The notes beneath the pieces are model-generated. The model saw nothing but the letters and a program-made list of their open reading frames with translations. It was not told the DNA's origin and did no database searches. From Eledone cirrhosa (Eukaryota), in assembly GCA_964016885.1 (NCBI GenBank), contig OZ024741.1, forward strand, positions 252,154,001 through 252,218,000: a stretch of 64,000 nucleotides of DNA. Reading direction: 5' to 3'. A program made the position numbers and the translations under genes. Shown in pieces: positions 50,605-64,000 of the stretch (position 1 is its first letter; each line of letters starts with the position of its first letter).

Positions 50605-50823
50605 GTGTGGGTGTATATATGCATGTGTATGTGTGCATGTGTGTGTATGTATGTGTGTGTGTGGATATGTATATATATATATATATATGTATATATATGT
50701 CTGTGTGCGTGTGTGTATATGTATGTGTATGTGTGCATGTGTGTATATGTATGTGTATGTGTGCATGTGTGTGTATGTGTGTGTATGTATGTGTGTGTGT
50801 GGATATGTATATATATATATATG

Positions 50824-50861
<38 letters not shown>

Positions 50862-51043
50862 TGTGTATGTGTGCATGTGTGTGTATGTATGTGTGTGTGT
50901 GGATATGTATATATATATATATATGTATATATATGTGTGTGTGCGTGTGTGTATATGTATGTGTATGTGTGCATGTGTGTATATGTATGTGTATGTGTGC
51001 ATGTGTGTGTATGTGTGTGTATGTATGTGTGTGTGTGGATATG

Positions 51044-51134
<91 letters not shown>

Positions 51135-51181
51135 ATGTGTATGTGTGCATGTGTGTGTATGTATGTGTGTGTGTGGATATG

Positions 51182-51212
<31 letters not shown>

Positions 51213-51340
51213 GTGTGTGTGCGTGTGTGTATATGTATGTGTATGTGTGCATGTGTGTATATGTATGTGTATGTGTGCATGTGTGTGTATGTGTGTGTAT
51301 GTATGTGTGTGTGTGGATATGTATATATATATATATATGT

Positions 51341-51382
<42 letters not shown>

Positions 51383-51385
51383 ATA
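50425..51385. repeat. Compound (TG)n/(TA)n microsatellite with higher-order repeats
   Basis: Directly visible. Confidence 0.95.
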
Positions 51386-51786
51386 AGGGACATAACTTAA
51401 GTTGGTTAACTAGGTTATACTCCATTGTTGCTGTCCTTGTCATCATTGGTGTTGTTGTTCAACTTTAGATCAGCGATGACAGAGATGAATCATTGTCAAG
51501 CACATTCCTGCTATAGTCATCCTGTTTGTTAAGGGTATGGCTTTAACTGCATACCTAGTATGGCCTTGCCTCTTTTAATGAGATAGGTGAGATTTGAGGG
51601 AATTTTGGTTGCTATTTCTAACCGTTTCATTAACCAAGGAACAAGCAGCTTTTTTATTGGTTAGTTAGAATTAATATTAAAAAGCTAACTGGAAATAAAT
51701 ATGTATATTGTGATCGGTTTAATAAACATGGGAAGTAACTCTAGATATATTTAAGTCATATTGTGACCTCTTCAGCAAAACAGCAT

Positions 51787-51819
<33 letters not shown>

Positions 51820-52108
51820 GGGTGAGAGAGAAAAGAGGAAGATTGAGAGAGAAAGAAAGAGAGAGAGAGAGAGAGAGAGGGGGGTGAGAGTGAGAGTTTA
51901 AGGGAGTACTGGTGAGTGATGAACAACATAGCAGTGCAGTTTTATATTTCTCTCTTGCACTGCTCAGTACAGTTACACTTCTACCTACATATCATTCAAC
52001 ACACACACACACACACACACATACACACATCTATCTGTCCATGGAACTGTCTATTTATCTATCTATTTATACATCTCTGTCTGTTTCTCTCTACCTCTCA
52101 CTATATAT

Positions 52109-52447
52109 CATTGGTTCCCAACCAGGGGCCCATGGCCCACCAGTGGGCCATAGCAAGTTATTGGGGGAGCCACGGGAATTAACTAAAAATCACAAAATTT
52201 TATACATAAAAAAGAAGAGTAGTTTCCTAACATAATTTTTTTCTTTTTCTTGCTTCAAATTTTTATATTCAACTTTTTATCAACTTTCTACCTTTTCTAA
52301 TTATGATTTTACTTCACAAATAAAAAGACATGCCAAAATTAGTTCTACATTAAAAAATTATATCAAAAATTTTAATTTTTTGGAGGGGCCATACTGTTTT
52401 GTTATATCATTAAGGTGGAATTTATTATAAAAGGTTGGGAACCGCTG
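52109..52447. mobile_element. hAT (Charlie-like) non-autonomous DNA transposon/MITE
   Basis: Imperfect TIRs cattggttcccaacc / ggttgggaaccgctg; 8-bp TSD CTATATAT at 52101-52108 and 52448-52455. Confidence 0.85.
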
Positions 52448-52471
52448 CTATATATATATATATATAGACAT

Positions 52472-52661
52472 AGGGCGGTGAATTGGCAGTATCGGTAGAG
52501 GGTCGGACGCCATGCTTTGACACATAAAGTTACGGCCCTTGCCATTCTGAGTTCAAATCCCGCCGAGGTTAACTTTGCCTTTCATCCTTACGGGGTCGAT
52601 AAAATAAAGTACCAGTGATGCACTGGGGTGATTGCTGGCCTTATGCCAATAGTAGAAACAA
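52472..52661 (+). mobile_element. Full-length family-A SINE
   Basis: gggcggtgaattggcagtatcggtag..gagttcaaatcc..gtagaaaca. Confidence 0.9.
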
Positions 52662-52662
52662 C

Positions 52663-52699
<37 letters not shown>

Positions 52700-53352
52700 T
52701 TTTTTTTCCTTACATTTAAATTAAATCTGCTAGCCAGACAACAACTCATCTCTGACTGATCTTTGATGGCCCTCACATGGTGCCTCTCTTGATAATGGGC
52801 TTTTAAACCTGAAAATATTTGAGATATTTAAATATGCTAAGGTAAAATTCTATCGTTATCTTGTCACCTTTAATGTTCTATATATTGTAAAGGCTTTTAA
52901 ACTTATTTAAATTTGGATTTCAACAGTATTTTCCACAATACTTCAAGCAAACTACAACAGTCTGTTATATATATATATATATACACACATATATCATCAT
53001 CGTCGTCATCACTGCTTAACATCTACTTTTCCTTGCTGGCATAGGGTAGACGAGTTATCCTGTTGTGAGCAATGCCAGGTCAGGTGATCATGTCTTGTTC
53101 ATACGGAACTGATTTTGGCTTGCTTTCTACAGCTGGATGGCCTTCCTAACACCAGCCTTATTTACAGTGAGTACTGGGTGCTTTTTGTTGAGACGCTTAC
53201 ACAGCCATTTTGCAATTTGGACTTGGTGCTTTTTGCTGTCATATCTACACAACCACTTTACAGTGTGGACTGGAGGCTTCTCTAGATGTATACTTCAGCT
53301 TGACCTTATGGGGGGTGTATATATGTGTATGTGTGTATATATATATATATAT

Positions 53353-54150
53353 AGTATGTAGAAAGGAAAATAGGGCCCTGATTCCGACAGGAAAATGGCC
53401 TTGCTCAGTGTGTAGGAAAGTAGCAAGTAGAAATTCCATTCTATTTCCCAAATGCAAGCTATGGGTACATAAACGATGTAGTGCGAACATAGACAGGCTA
53501 TCAAACAGCACAGGTTTTATATGCAACCGATGCACCGGTGCAGTAAGTAGCAAGTACCCACAGGATACTAGCTCTGCTTAACACAGAGTTTATGATTTGG
53601 GCTAAGGTGCAAGCAATAAGATTGGTGCTTATCACCAAGCATCTGTGCAATTCCAACCAGATCCATACATGACAACCTTCATGTGACACCTCATAGAGAG
53701 GGTAGGGAGTAAAACCTGGCTTTGGTGAGGCTCTGATCAATTTGGATTAATCAAAATCTTTTGATAGGGTAGACCATCAATACATGGAGGCTATCCTAAA
53801 GGCAGCCAGCTTTGATCCAATCTTCAGGGGTCAAAGCTCAGTGGTCAAAATAAATGGCCATCTATCAGAACCATTCCAGATTATGTACATGGTCGGTCAA
53901 GGATGCCTTCTCCCTACTGTTTATACTGACATTCAAGCCTCTACTGCAGGAGCTAAAACTGTTGCAGGGTATCACACTAGAACTAGGACATAGAAGGGAT
54001 CCATTGGAATATGCAGACAATGTCCCTGTGATGGCGTAGAACACCTCAGAAATTGAGGTGATTGGTAACTTCTTAGAGAAATATGAAAGGTTGGTAAGAG
54101 CAAAGATCAACCAGGAAAAGTTTGTGGGTTTTTGGCCTGGTGCCTGGATG
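53353..54150 (+). pseudogene. RTE PHD-region fragment (53353-53577) joined to a decayed Tx1 RT fragment (~53577-54150)
   Basis: GKWPCSVCRK..WVHKRC..CNRC, then homology to 44435-45060 (NTEF, SFDRVDH, NGHLSEPF, YADNV, INQEK). Confidence 0.75.
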
Positions 54151-54266
54151 AATTTATACATCTGGCCTTCACAATTATCATTAAATATATATATATTTGT
54201 ATATATATGGTGTCCCAGCACATGGCCTCAGCCCCTAGGCTGGAATACAAAAAAATAAATATATAG

Positions 54267-54360
<94 letters not shown>

Positions 54361-54387
54361 ATGTATGTATATATATGTATATATATA

Positions 54388-54992
54388 TAACTTGTCTAAG
54401 ACTAAAGTTCTAGTATGTAGGAAGCAAAATAGAGCACAAGTCCCCTCTGGGAAATGACCATGCTCAGTGTGTAGGAAAGGAGTAGGCACAAATTCCATTT
54501 TATGTCCCAAATGCAAAGTATGGGTGCATAAAAAATATAGTGGGATCACAGGTAAGCTATCTAAGAACGTAAATTTTATATGAGGCCGGTGCTCAGGTGC
54601 AATAAGTACCAAGTGCCCACCGGATACTACCTCCTTCTATTGCACAGATGGTTCTATAGAAATAGTGGACACCTTCCGTTACGTAGGTGACAAAATCAGC
54701 AGTGGTGGAGGGTGCTAAGAAAGTACAGTAGCCAGAGTCAGAACGGGATGGAAAAAAGTTCAGAGAGCTTATACCACTATTGGCCGCTAAAGGTTTCTCT
54801 CTAAAAATGAAAGGTAGGCTGTATGATGCCTGCATACGAACAGCAATGTTACATGGCAGTGAGACCTGGGCATTGTATGCAGAAGATCTGCCCAGACTGG
54901 AGAGGAACGAAGCATGCATGCCTCAAGTGGGACAATTCCCATCTAAACCCATGCTAGCGTGGAAGATAGATGTCAAACGATGATGATGATGA
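54388..54992 (+). pseudogene. Decayed, internally deleted RTE 3' fragment with (GAT)n tail
   Basis: Homology to 59085-59620 with stops, then a jump to the end of the 3' UTR. Confidence 0.85.
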
Positions 54993-55080
54993 TATATATA
55001 TATATATGTATGCATCTATTTATATATGTGTGTATATATACATATATATATTTGTGTATATATATATGTATATATATATA

Positions 55081-55131
<51 letters not shown>

Positions 55132-55494
55132 ATATATATATATGATATTTATATGGCATGTGTATATATATAAATATATAATGATAATTGCAAAGCCCAG
55201 ATGTAGAAAGGCAATTTGATCATTCAACTTATCATGACCAATCAACCCTCTGAAACGATTGTAAAACAATGAAGTTCTTTTAACAACCTACATCTGACTT
55301 TTATTTTGTTTTCAATGTTCAAAATATACATATCTTTTTTCTATATGCATAGCAAAGTCATGGAACAAATCAACAGAAGGAAACTGATTACTTTTTGAGG
55401 GGAAAATGGTTTTCTCACTGGCACCTAGCATGGATTTTACCTAGGTAGAAGTTGTCTTACACAGCTTTTGCAGCATTATGACTTGATACTCAAA

Positions 55495-56465
55495 TAGCTG
55501 CTATACCATTCAAACATTGATGTGATATATCTCGACTTTACAAAAGCCTTTGACAAAGTTGATCATGGAATGATATGTCACAAACTACATAGCATTGACG
55601 TAGCTGGAAAACTAGGTGAAAGGCTTTTTAAATTTTTGAGAAGATAGAAGCCAGACAGTTGCAGCCAATGGGGCCCTCTCTAAGAAAACGTCAATAAAAA
55701 GTGGCATACCCCAGGGAATTGTCTAGGACCACTACTATTTGTAGTGGCTCTCTCAAACATGTCCTCTCTAATACAGACATCCTCTCTTACTAGCTATGTT
55801 GATGACATGAAAGTAGGACAGACAATCAAGAAACTGGCTGATGTTGCCCTTGTACAACCATATCTAAATGCCATATACGAATGACCTGAAGTCAACAATA
55901 TGCAATATAATGCAGGTACGTTTCAAGCCCTCCGCTATCAACTCACAATCATAATACCACTACAACAAATGTACACTGGACCAGGAACAATGGAAATCCC
56001 TGAGTCAGAACCAATATGGGACCTGCATATTGACATGAGCAATGATGCATCATTCGATGTACACATCACCAACATGATGGCAATATGTAGACAACTAGTG
56101 TGTTGGAATCTGAGGACTTTCGGGACAAGCGACCTAGAAACCATGTTGGTCTTCTGGAGGACTTTCATCCTCAGCTGACTGGACTAATGCTTTCAGCTGT
56201 GGTCACCCTACAGTGTCAAACTAACTGCAGAACTTGAAGCAATCCAATGAAGCTAAACCAAGAAGATTGTCTCAATGAAAGCGATGAGCTACTGGGAGAG
56301 GCTAAAAGAACTAAAGGTTTACTCCCCGGAGCAAAGATGGCAGAGATACACAGTGATATACATATGGAAGATCCTGAAATGGCTAGCACCAAACTTTGGC
56401 ATTGAAGGCATAACTTGCCCATGGACAGAACACCACTGTGCAGTGTCAAAAGTCCCATGTCTTAA
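55495..56465 (+). pseudogene. Decayed CR1/Jockey-group LINE RT fragment
   Basis: DVIYLDFTKAFDKVDH, SGIPQG..GPLLF, YVDD, MSYWERLKEL. Confidence 0.75.
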
Positions 56466-57114
56466 AATTTGCCATGTATTTAAGTATTTGGCTTTGTTCT
56501 CCCTGCTTGAAACAGATCTATCTAGGTTCTAAGAATTATGATTTACCATTCTAATTGTAAGTTAATTTGTGTACTATCCTTTTACATACACCTTTTATGT
56601 CTATGCAACATATTAAATATCTTGTCTCTATAATATGATCTAATATGAGTCCCCTCTCAATTACAGTTCATTGTATAAGAATTTTTCATTGAGCGATTAT
56701 TGAGCAACAAACTCTATATTATTGTGCAATTATCTAAATTATATATGTGTATATATATATATATTGGGACTACCTCAAACAAATAATTCAACTTGTATGG
56801 CCTATGTGCAAATACAACTCTAATGTACATATATATACATATATGTTCTTTTTATATTTCACCTGACACCTGGTAGGCCTTAGGCCCATCAGTCCAGAAA
56901 TTCCTTCAGAACAAGGCTTCTGTTTGTTTTTTGTTAGTAGGTTTATTTTCCATCGGCTGCTTGTTAAACCTGTTGGGATTAACTCCGAAGGAAAGGTAGA
57001 GACTAATACAGCTTGGCACCAGTGAGTCATTTCTACAGTTCAGTGAACTGGATCAACATGAAATAAAGTGTCTTGCTTAAGAACACAATGCATCGTCAGG
57101 TCCCTTAATGTGAC

Positions 57115-57725
57115 TGGCATTCCACCGAAGCAGGGGGAGAAGTTCAAAGATCACGGAGCCATGTTCACAAATGACAGAAGGTAGAAGATTGACCGAAGTG
57201 CAAGAATTGCAGGAACTGGTGCAGGAATGCACCAGCTTCAGCATTCGGTAATCAGAAGAAGAAGGTATCTTCAATTCAGTATTTGTGCCAACCATTATCT
57301 ATGGTCATAAATCTTGGGTAATGACAGAAAAAATACGATCGTAAATACAAGCAGCCGAAATGGAATTTCTCCAAAGAATCTTTAGAGTAAAGTTACTCGA
57401 GAGAGTGTGTAGTTCGGAGATCAGAGAGAAGCTCTCGGGAGAGCCACTACTTCTCTGAATTAAGAGTCCCAGCTATGATATTACAGGCATGTGGTTAGAA
57501 TGCCTCGGGAAAGAATCACTGGACAGATCTTATGGGCAAAACCAAGATGGTGGGATAGAATCTATGAGCTCAGCTGGTCTCGCTTGGGGATCTAGCCAGA
57601 TTAATTAGAGATAGTTGCTTCTGATAGGACCTGCTGGAAGGTGGGTTTGAGGACTCTGCCCTCGTGACCTTCCCAGGAATAAATGGGCGAAGAAGAAGAA
57701 GAAGAAGAAGAAGAAGAAGAAGATG
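57115..57725 (+). pseudogene. Decayed RTE (Expander-like) 3' fragment with (GAA)n tail
   Basis: SVFVPTIIYGHKSWVMTEK..IQAAEMEFLQRI; (gaa)n at 57688-57725. Confidence 0.7.
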
Positions 57726-57744
57726 AAGAAACAAAAAAAAAGAA

Positions 57745-57854
57745 ATACATACACATAAATATACGTATTTATATACATCGATATATATATATACATATAT
57801 ATATACATATACATACATACATATATATACATATACATACATATATAGATATAG

Positions 57855-57915
<61 letters not shown>

Positions 57916-57928
57916 CATATATATACAT

Positions 57929-58011
<83 letters not shown>

Positions 58012-58064
58012 CATACATATATATACATATACATACATATACGCATATACATACATAGATATAG

Positions 58065-58125
<61 letters not shown>

Positions 58126-58196
58126 TATATACATATACATACATACATATATATACATATACATACATATACATACATATATAGATATAGATATAA

Positions 58197-58281
<85 letters not shown>

Positions 58282-58285
58282 TATA
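57745..58285. repeat. (TA)n-rich microsatellite
   Basis: Directly visible; it artefactually extends ORF 57683..59953 at the 5' end. Confidence 0.95.
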
Positions 58286-60309
58286 GTCGAGGGGAGTATA
58301 ATAAGTAAGGCAATCAAGGATATGAAGACGGGTAAGGCGGCTGGGCCTTCGGAAATAGTTGCTGAGATGCTGAAGGCATCTGGCACGGTGGGACACACCA
58401 TGGTCACCCGCATAGTTAACCAAGTCGTACAGAATGGGGTTGTTCCGAAGGACTGGCATAGCAGCATCATCGTTAACTGTTATAAGGGTAAAGGAGACGC
58501 CCTAGATAGGAGTAACTATAGAGGCATTAAATTAATCGACCAGGTCATGAAGGTCACGGAAAAAGTAATAGCGCAACTAATCAGAGAGAGAATTGACCTA
58601 GATGAAATGCAGTTCGGGTTTGTGTCAGGCAAAAGCACCACAGACGCCCTTTTCATAGTACGACAACTACAGGAGAAGTACCTAGCTAAAGGTAGACCCC
58701 TCTACTTAGCTTTTGTCGACCTGGAGAAAGCCTTCGACAGAGTCCCCCGCTCCATTATCTGGTGGGCTCTTAGAAAACTAGGCATTGACGAATGGCTTGT
58801 GAGGGCTATACAAGCCATGTATAAAGAAACAGTCAGCAAGGTTAGAATTAACAACGAATATAGTGAAGAGTTTAGCGTAAAAGTTGGCGTCCATCAGGGC
58901 TCTGTTCTCAGCCCCCTACTATTTATTATTGCCCTTCAGGCTATAACAGAGGAGTTCAAGACAGGCTGCCCATGGGAACTCCTATACGCAGACAACCTGA
59001 CACTCATAGCGGAATCAATGGCCGAGCTAGAGAAGAAATTCCAAACATGGAAGCACGGCCTAGAGTCAAAAGGACTTAAAATTAACCTGGCTAAGACCAA
59101 AGTTCTAGTTTGTAGGAAAGAAAACAAGGCGGCGGTCCCTTCTGGGAAATGGTCGTGCTCGGTGTGTAGGAAAGGCGTAGGTAGAAACTCCATTTTATGT
59201 CCTAAATGCAAAGTATGGGTGCATAAAAGATGTAGTGGGATCACAGGTAAGCTAACTAAGAACATAGATTTTACATGTGGCCGGTGTTCTGGTGCAATAA
59301 GTAGCAGCAAGTGCCCACAAAATACTAGCTCTTTCAATTGCGCAGAGGGTTCTATAGAAATAGTGGACAGCTTCCGTTACCTGGGCGATAAAATCAGCAG
59401 TGGGGGAGGGTGCTCTGAAAGTACTGTAGCTAGAGTCAGAACTGGTTGGAAAAAGTTCAGAGAGCTTATACCACTATTAGCTGCTAAAGGGTTCTCCCTA
59501 AAAATGAAAGGCAGGTTGTACGATGCCTGCATACGAACAGCAATGTTGCATGGTAGTGAGACCTGGGCATTGTGTGCAGAGGATATACGCAGACTAGAGA
59601 GGAATGAAGCTTGCATGCTTCGCTGGATGTGTAACAGTAATATACGTGAACGGCAAAGCATAAACGAACTAAGAAAAAAATTAGAGATAAGAGGGATCAG
59701 ATGTTGTTTACTCGAGAGAAGGCTGCGTTGGTATGGACACGTGATGCGCATGAAAGTCGATAGCTGTATAACAAAGTGCAGGGCAATAAAGATAGACGGT
59801 AGCCACGGAATAGGCAGACCTAGAAAAACATGGGATGAGCTGATAAACTCCGACCTCACACACTTACACCTCTCCAAGACAATGTCACTGGACCGAGACC
59901 TTTGGCGGTACTCAGTAACAGAGAAGACCCGCCTTGCCAGTAGGCATCTCTAACAAAATACACCCCGTCCCGCCACCACCCCCACCCCATCCACACCACC
60001 CCGTTCTATGTAAAGTTATGTTGGTGCCGCGCCATCCAGGCCGAAACAAATGAGATCGTGTAGGTGTCACGACAAAAAAACACACAGTCCACGCTGTAAT
60101 GTGGCCGTGTAGGCAACACGGTAAAAACCTCCCAGACCCACACTGTAAATGTGGTTGGTGTTAGGAAGGGCATCCAACTGTAGAAAACCTGCCAGACAGT
60201 CCTATGCGAGCAAGACAATCACTCTTGCCTCAAGTGGGACTACCCCCGTCCAAACCCATGCAAGCGTGGAACACGGACGTTAAACGTTGATGATGATGAT
60301 GATGATGAT
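58283..60309 (+). mobile_element. Young 5'-truncated RTE LINE (RT domain, internal PHD finger, 3' UTR, (GAT)n tail)
   Basis: Open frame 58283-59953: [43 protein letters not shown] (catalytic D>N), FRYLG. Confidence 0.95.
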
Positions 60310-61640
<1,331 letters not shown>

Positions 61641-61683
61641 AATGAGGTGTGCCTCCCTATGTCCACTCCCCATCACTTCTCAT

Positions 61684-64000
61684 TACCACCACCACCACCA
61701 CCACCACCACCACCACCACCACCAACACCACCACCACCACAACCACCACCACCACCAACACAACCAGCACCACCACTAACACCACCACCACAACCACCAC
61801 CAGCACCAACACAACCACCACCACCACTAACACAACCACCAACACCACTAACACCACCACCACAACCACCACCACCACCAACACAACCACCAACACCACT
61901 AACACCACCACCACAACCACCACCAGCACCAACACAACCACCACCACCACTAACACAGCCACCACTAACACCACCACCAAAACCACCACCACCATCAACA
62001 CAACCAGCACCAACACAACCACCAACACTACTAACAACACCACCACAACCACCACCAGCACCAACACAACAACCACCACCACCACCACCACCAGCACCAA
62101 CACAACCACCAACACTACTAACAACACCACCACAACCACCACCAGCACCAACACAACAACCACCACCACCACCACCACCAGCACCAACACAACCACCAAC
62201 ACTACTAACAACACCACCACAACCACCACCAGCACCAACACAACAACCACCACCACCACCACCACCAGCACCAACACAACCACCAACACTACTAACAACA
62301 CCACCACAACCACCACCAGCACCAACACAACAACCACCACCACCACCACCACCAGCACCAACACAACCAGCAACACTACTAATACAGCCACCACCAACAC
62401 AACCACCACCAACACAACCACAACCACCACCACCAACACAACCACCACCAACACAACCACAACCACCACCACCACCACCACCAGCACCAACACAACCAGC
62501 AACACTACTAATACAGCCACCACCAACACAACCACCACCAACACAACCACAACCACCACCACCAACACAACCACCACCAACACAACCACAACCACCACCA
62601 CCACCACCAACACAACCACCACCAACACAACCACCACCACCACCACCAACACAACCACCACCAACACAACCACAACCACCACCACCAACACAACCACCAC
62701 CAACACAACCACAACCACCACCACCAACACAACCACCACCAACACAACCACAACCACCACCAGCACCAACACAACCAGCAACACCACTAACACAGCCACC
62801 ACAACCACCACCAGCACCAACACAACCAGCAACACCACTAACACAGCCACCACCAACACAACCACCACCAACACAACCACCACCACCAACACAACCAGCA
62901 CCAATACAGCCACCACCACCACTAACACCACCACCACCAACACAACCAGCACCAACACAGCCACCACCACCACTAACACCACCACCACCAACACAACCAG
63001 CACCAACACAACCACCACTAACACCACCACCACCAACACAACCACCACTAACACCACTGCCACCACCAACACAGCCACTACTAACACCACCAACACAACC
63101 AGCACCAACACAACCACCACCACCATAACACCACCACCATAACACCACCACCACTGCCACCACCAACACAGCCACCACCACCACTAACACCACCACCACC
63201 AACACAACCAGGAACAACACAACCACCCTAACACCATTGCCACCAACACAGCCACCACCACTAACACCACCACCACCAACACAGCCACCACCACCACCAA
63301 CACAGCCACCACCACAGCCACCACCAACACAGCCACCACCAACACAACCAGCACCAACACCACCACCAAAACAACCGCTACCACCACCAACACAACCACC
63401 ACAGCCACCACCACTAACACCACCACCACCATCACAACCACCACCATTACAGCCACCACTAACACCACCACCACCAACACAGCCACCACCAACACAACCA
63501 CCACCAACACAACCGCTACCACCACCAACACAACCACCACCACCACTACCACCACCACCACTAACACCACCACCACCAACACAACCACCACCACCACCAA
63601 CACAACTGCTACCACCACGAACACAACTGCCACAGCCACCACTACTAACACCACCACCACCATCACAGCCACCACTAACACCACCACCACCAACACCACC
63701 ACCACCAACACAACCACCACCAACAACACAACCACAACCTCCAAAACTACCACCACAACCACAACCCCCAAAACTACCACCACAACCACAACCTCCAAAA
63801 CTACCACCACAACCACAACTCCCAAAACTACCACCACAACCACAACCTCCAAAAACTACCACCACAACCACAACCTCCAAAAACTACCACCACAACCACA
63901 ACCTCCAAAATATACCACCACAACCACAACCCCCAAAACTACCACCACAACCACAACCTCCAAAAACTACTACCACAACCACAACCTCCAAAAACTACCA
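61684..64000. repeat. ACC-rich compound minisatellite (including ~78-bp and ~30-bp higher-order units)
   Basis: Directly visible; runs off the end of the window. Confidence 0.95.

Noticed and set aside
49979-51468. [12 protein letters not shown] ORFs (also at 57.6-58.4 kb and 60.7-61.6 kb)
   Set aside because: Translations of dinucleotide microsatellites.
57683-58282. N-terminal extension of the 756-aa RT ORF
   Set aside because: It reads through a (GAA)n tail and a TA microsatellite; the element begins at ~58283.

Overview
AT-rich, microsatellite-laden eukaryotic DNA, very probably from an octopus/coleoid cephalopod (inferred from the protocadherin type and the SINE/RTE repertoire). The only host gene found is a protocadherin on the minus strand: one ~2.5-kb exon (3586-6129) encoding signal peptide, six cadherin repeats, a transmembrane helix and the start of the cytoplasmic tail. 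The rest is transposon debris and low-complexity DNA: RTE LINEs (with a PHD finger inside the RT region), two R4/Dong-like RLE LINEs, a near full-length decayed Tx1-like LINE, CR1-like debris, two tRNA-derived SINE families, a hAT MITE and a 1.7-kb Penelope-like palindrome. Most long ORFs in the track are microsatellite artefacts. The most interesting signal is RNA-level. A tandem array at 11.8-15.9 kb (434-bp and 466-bp units) carries a type I hammerhead ribozyme motif in every unit (7 copies, wobble-preserving variation in stem I, palindromic dimer-type stem III, upstream octamer) and has the same fold-back geometry as the Penelope palindrome, which also carries hammerheads. It looks like a non-autonomous, Penelope-mobilised retrozyme/circRNA family. 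Several unrelated hammerhead motifs are scattered through the window. All RNA folds were read by eye and none has been tested.
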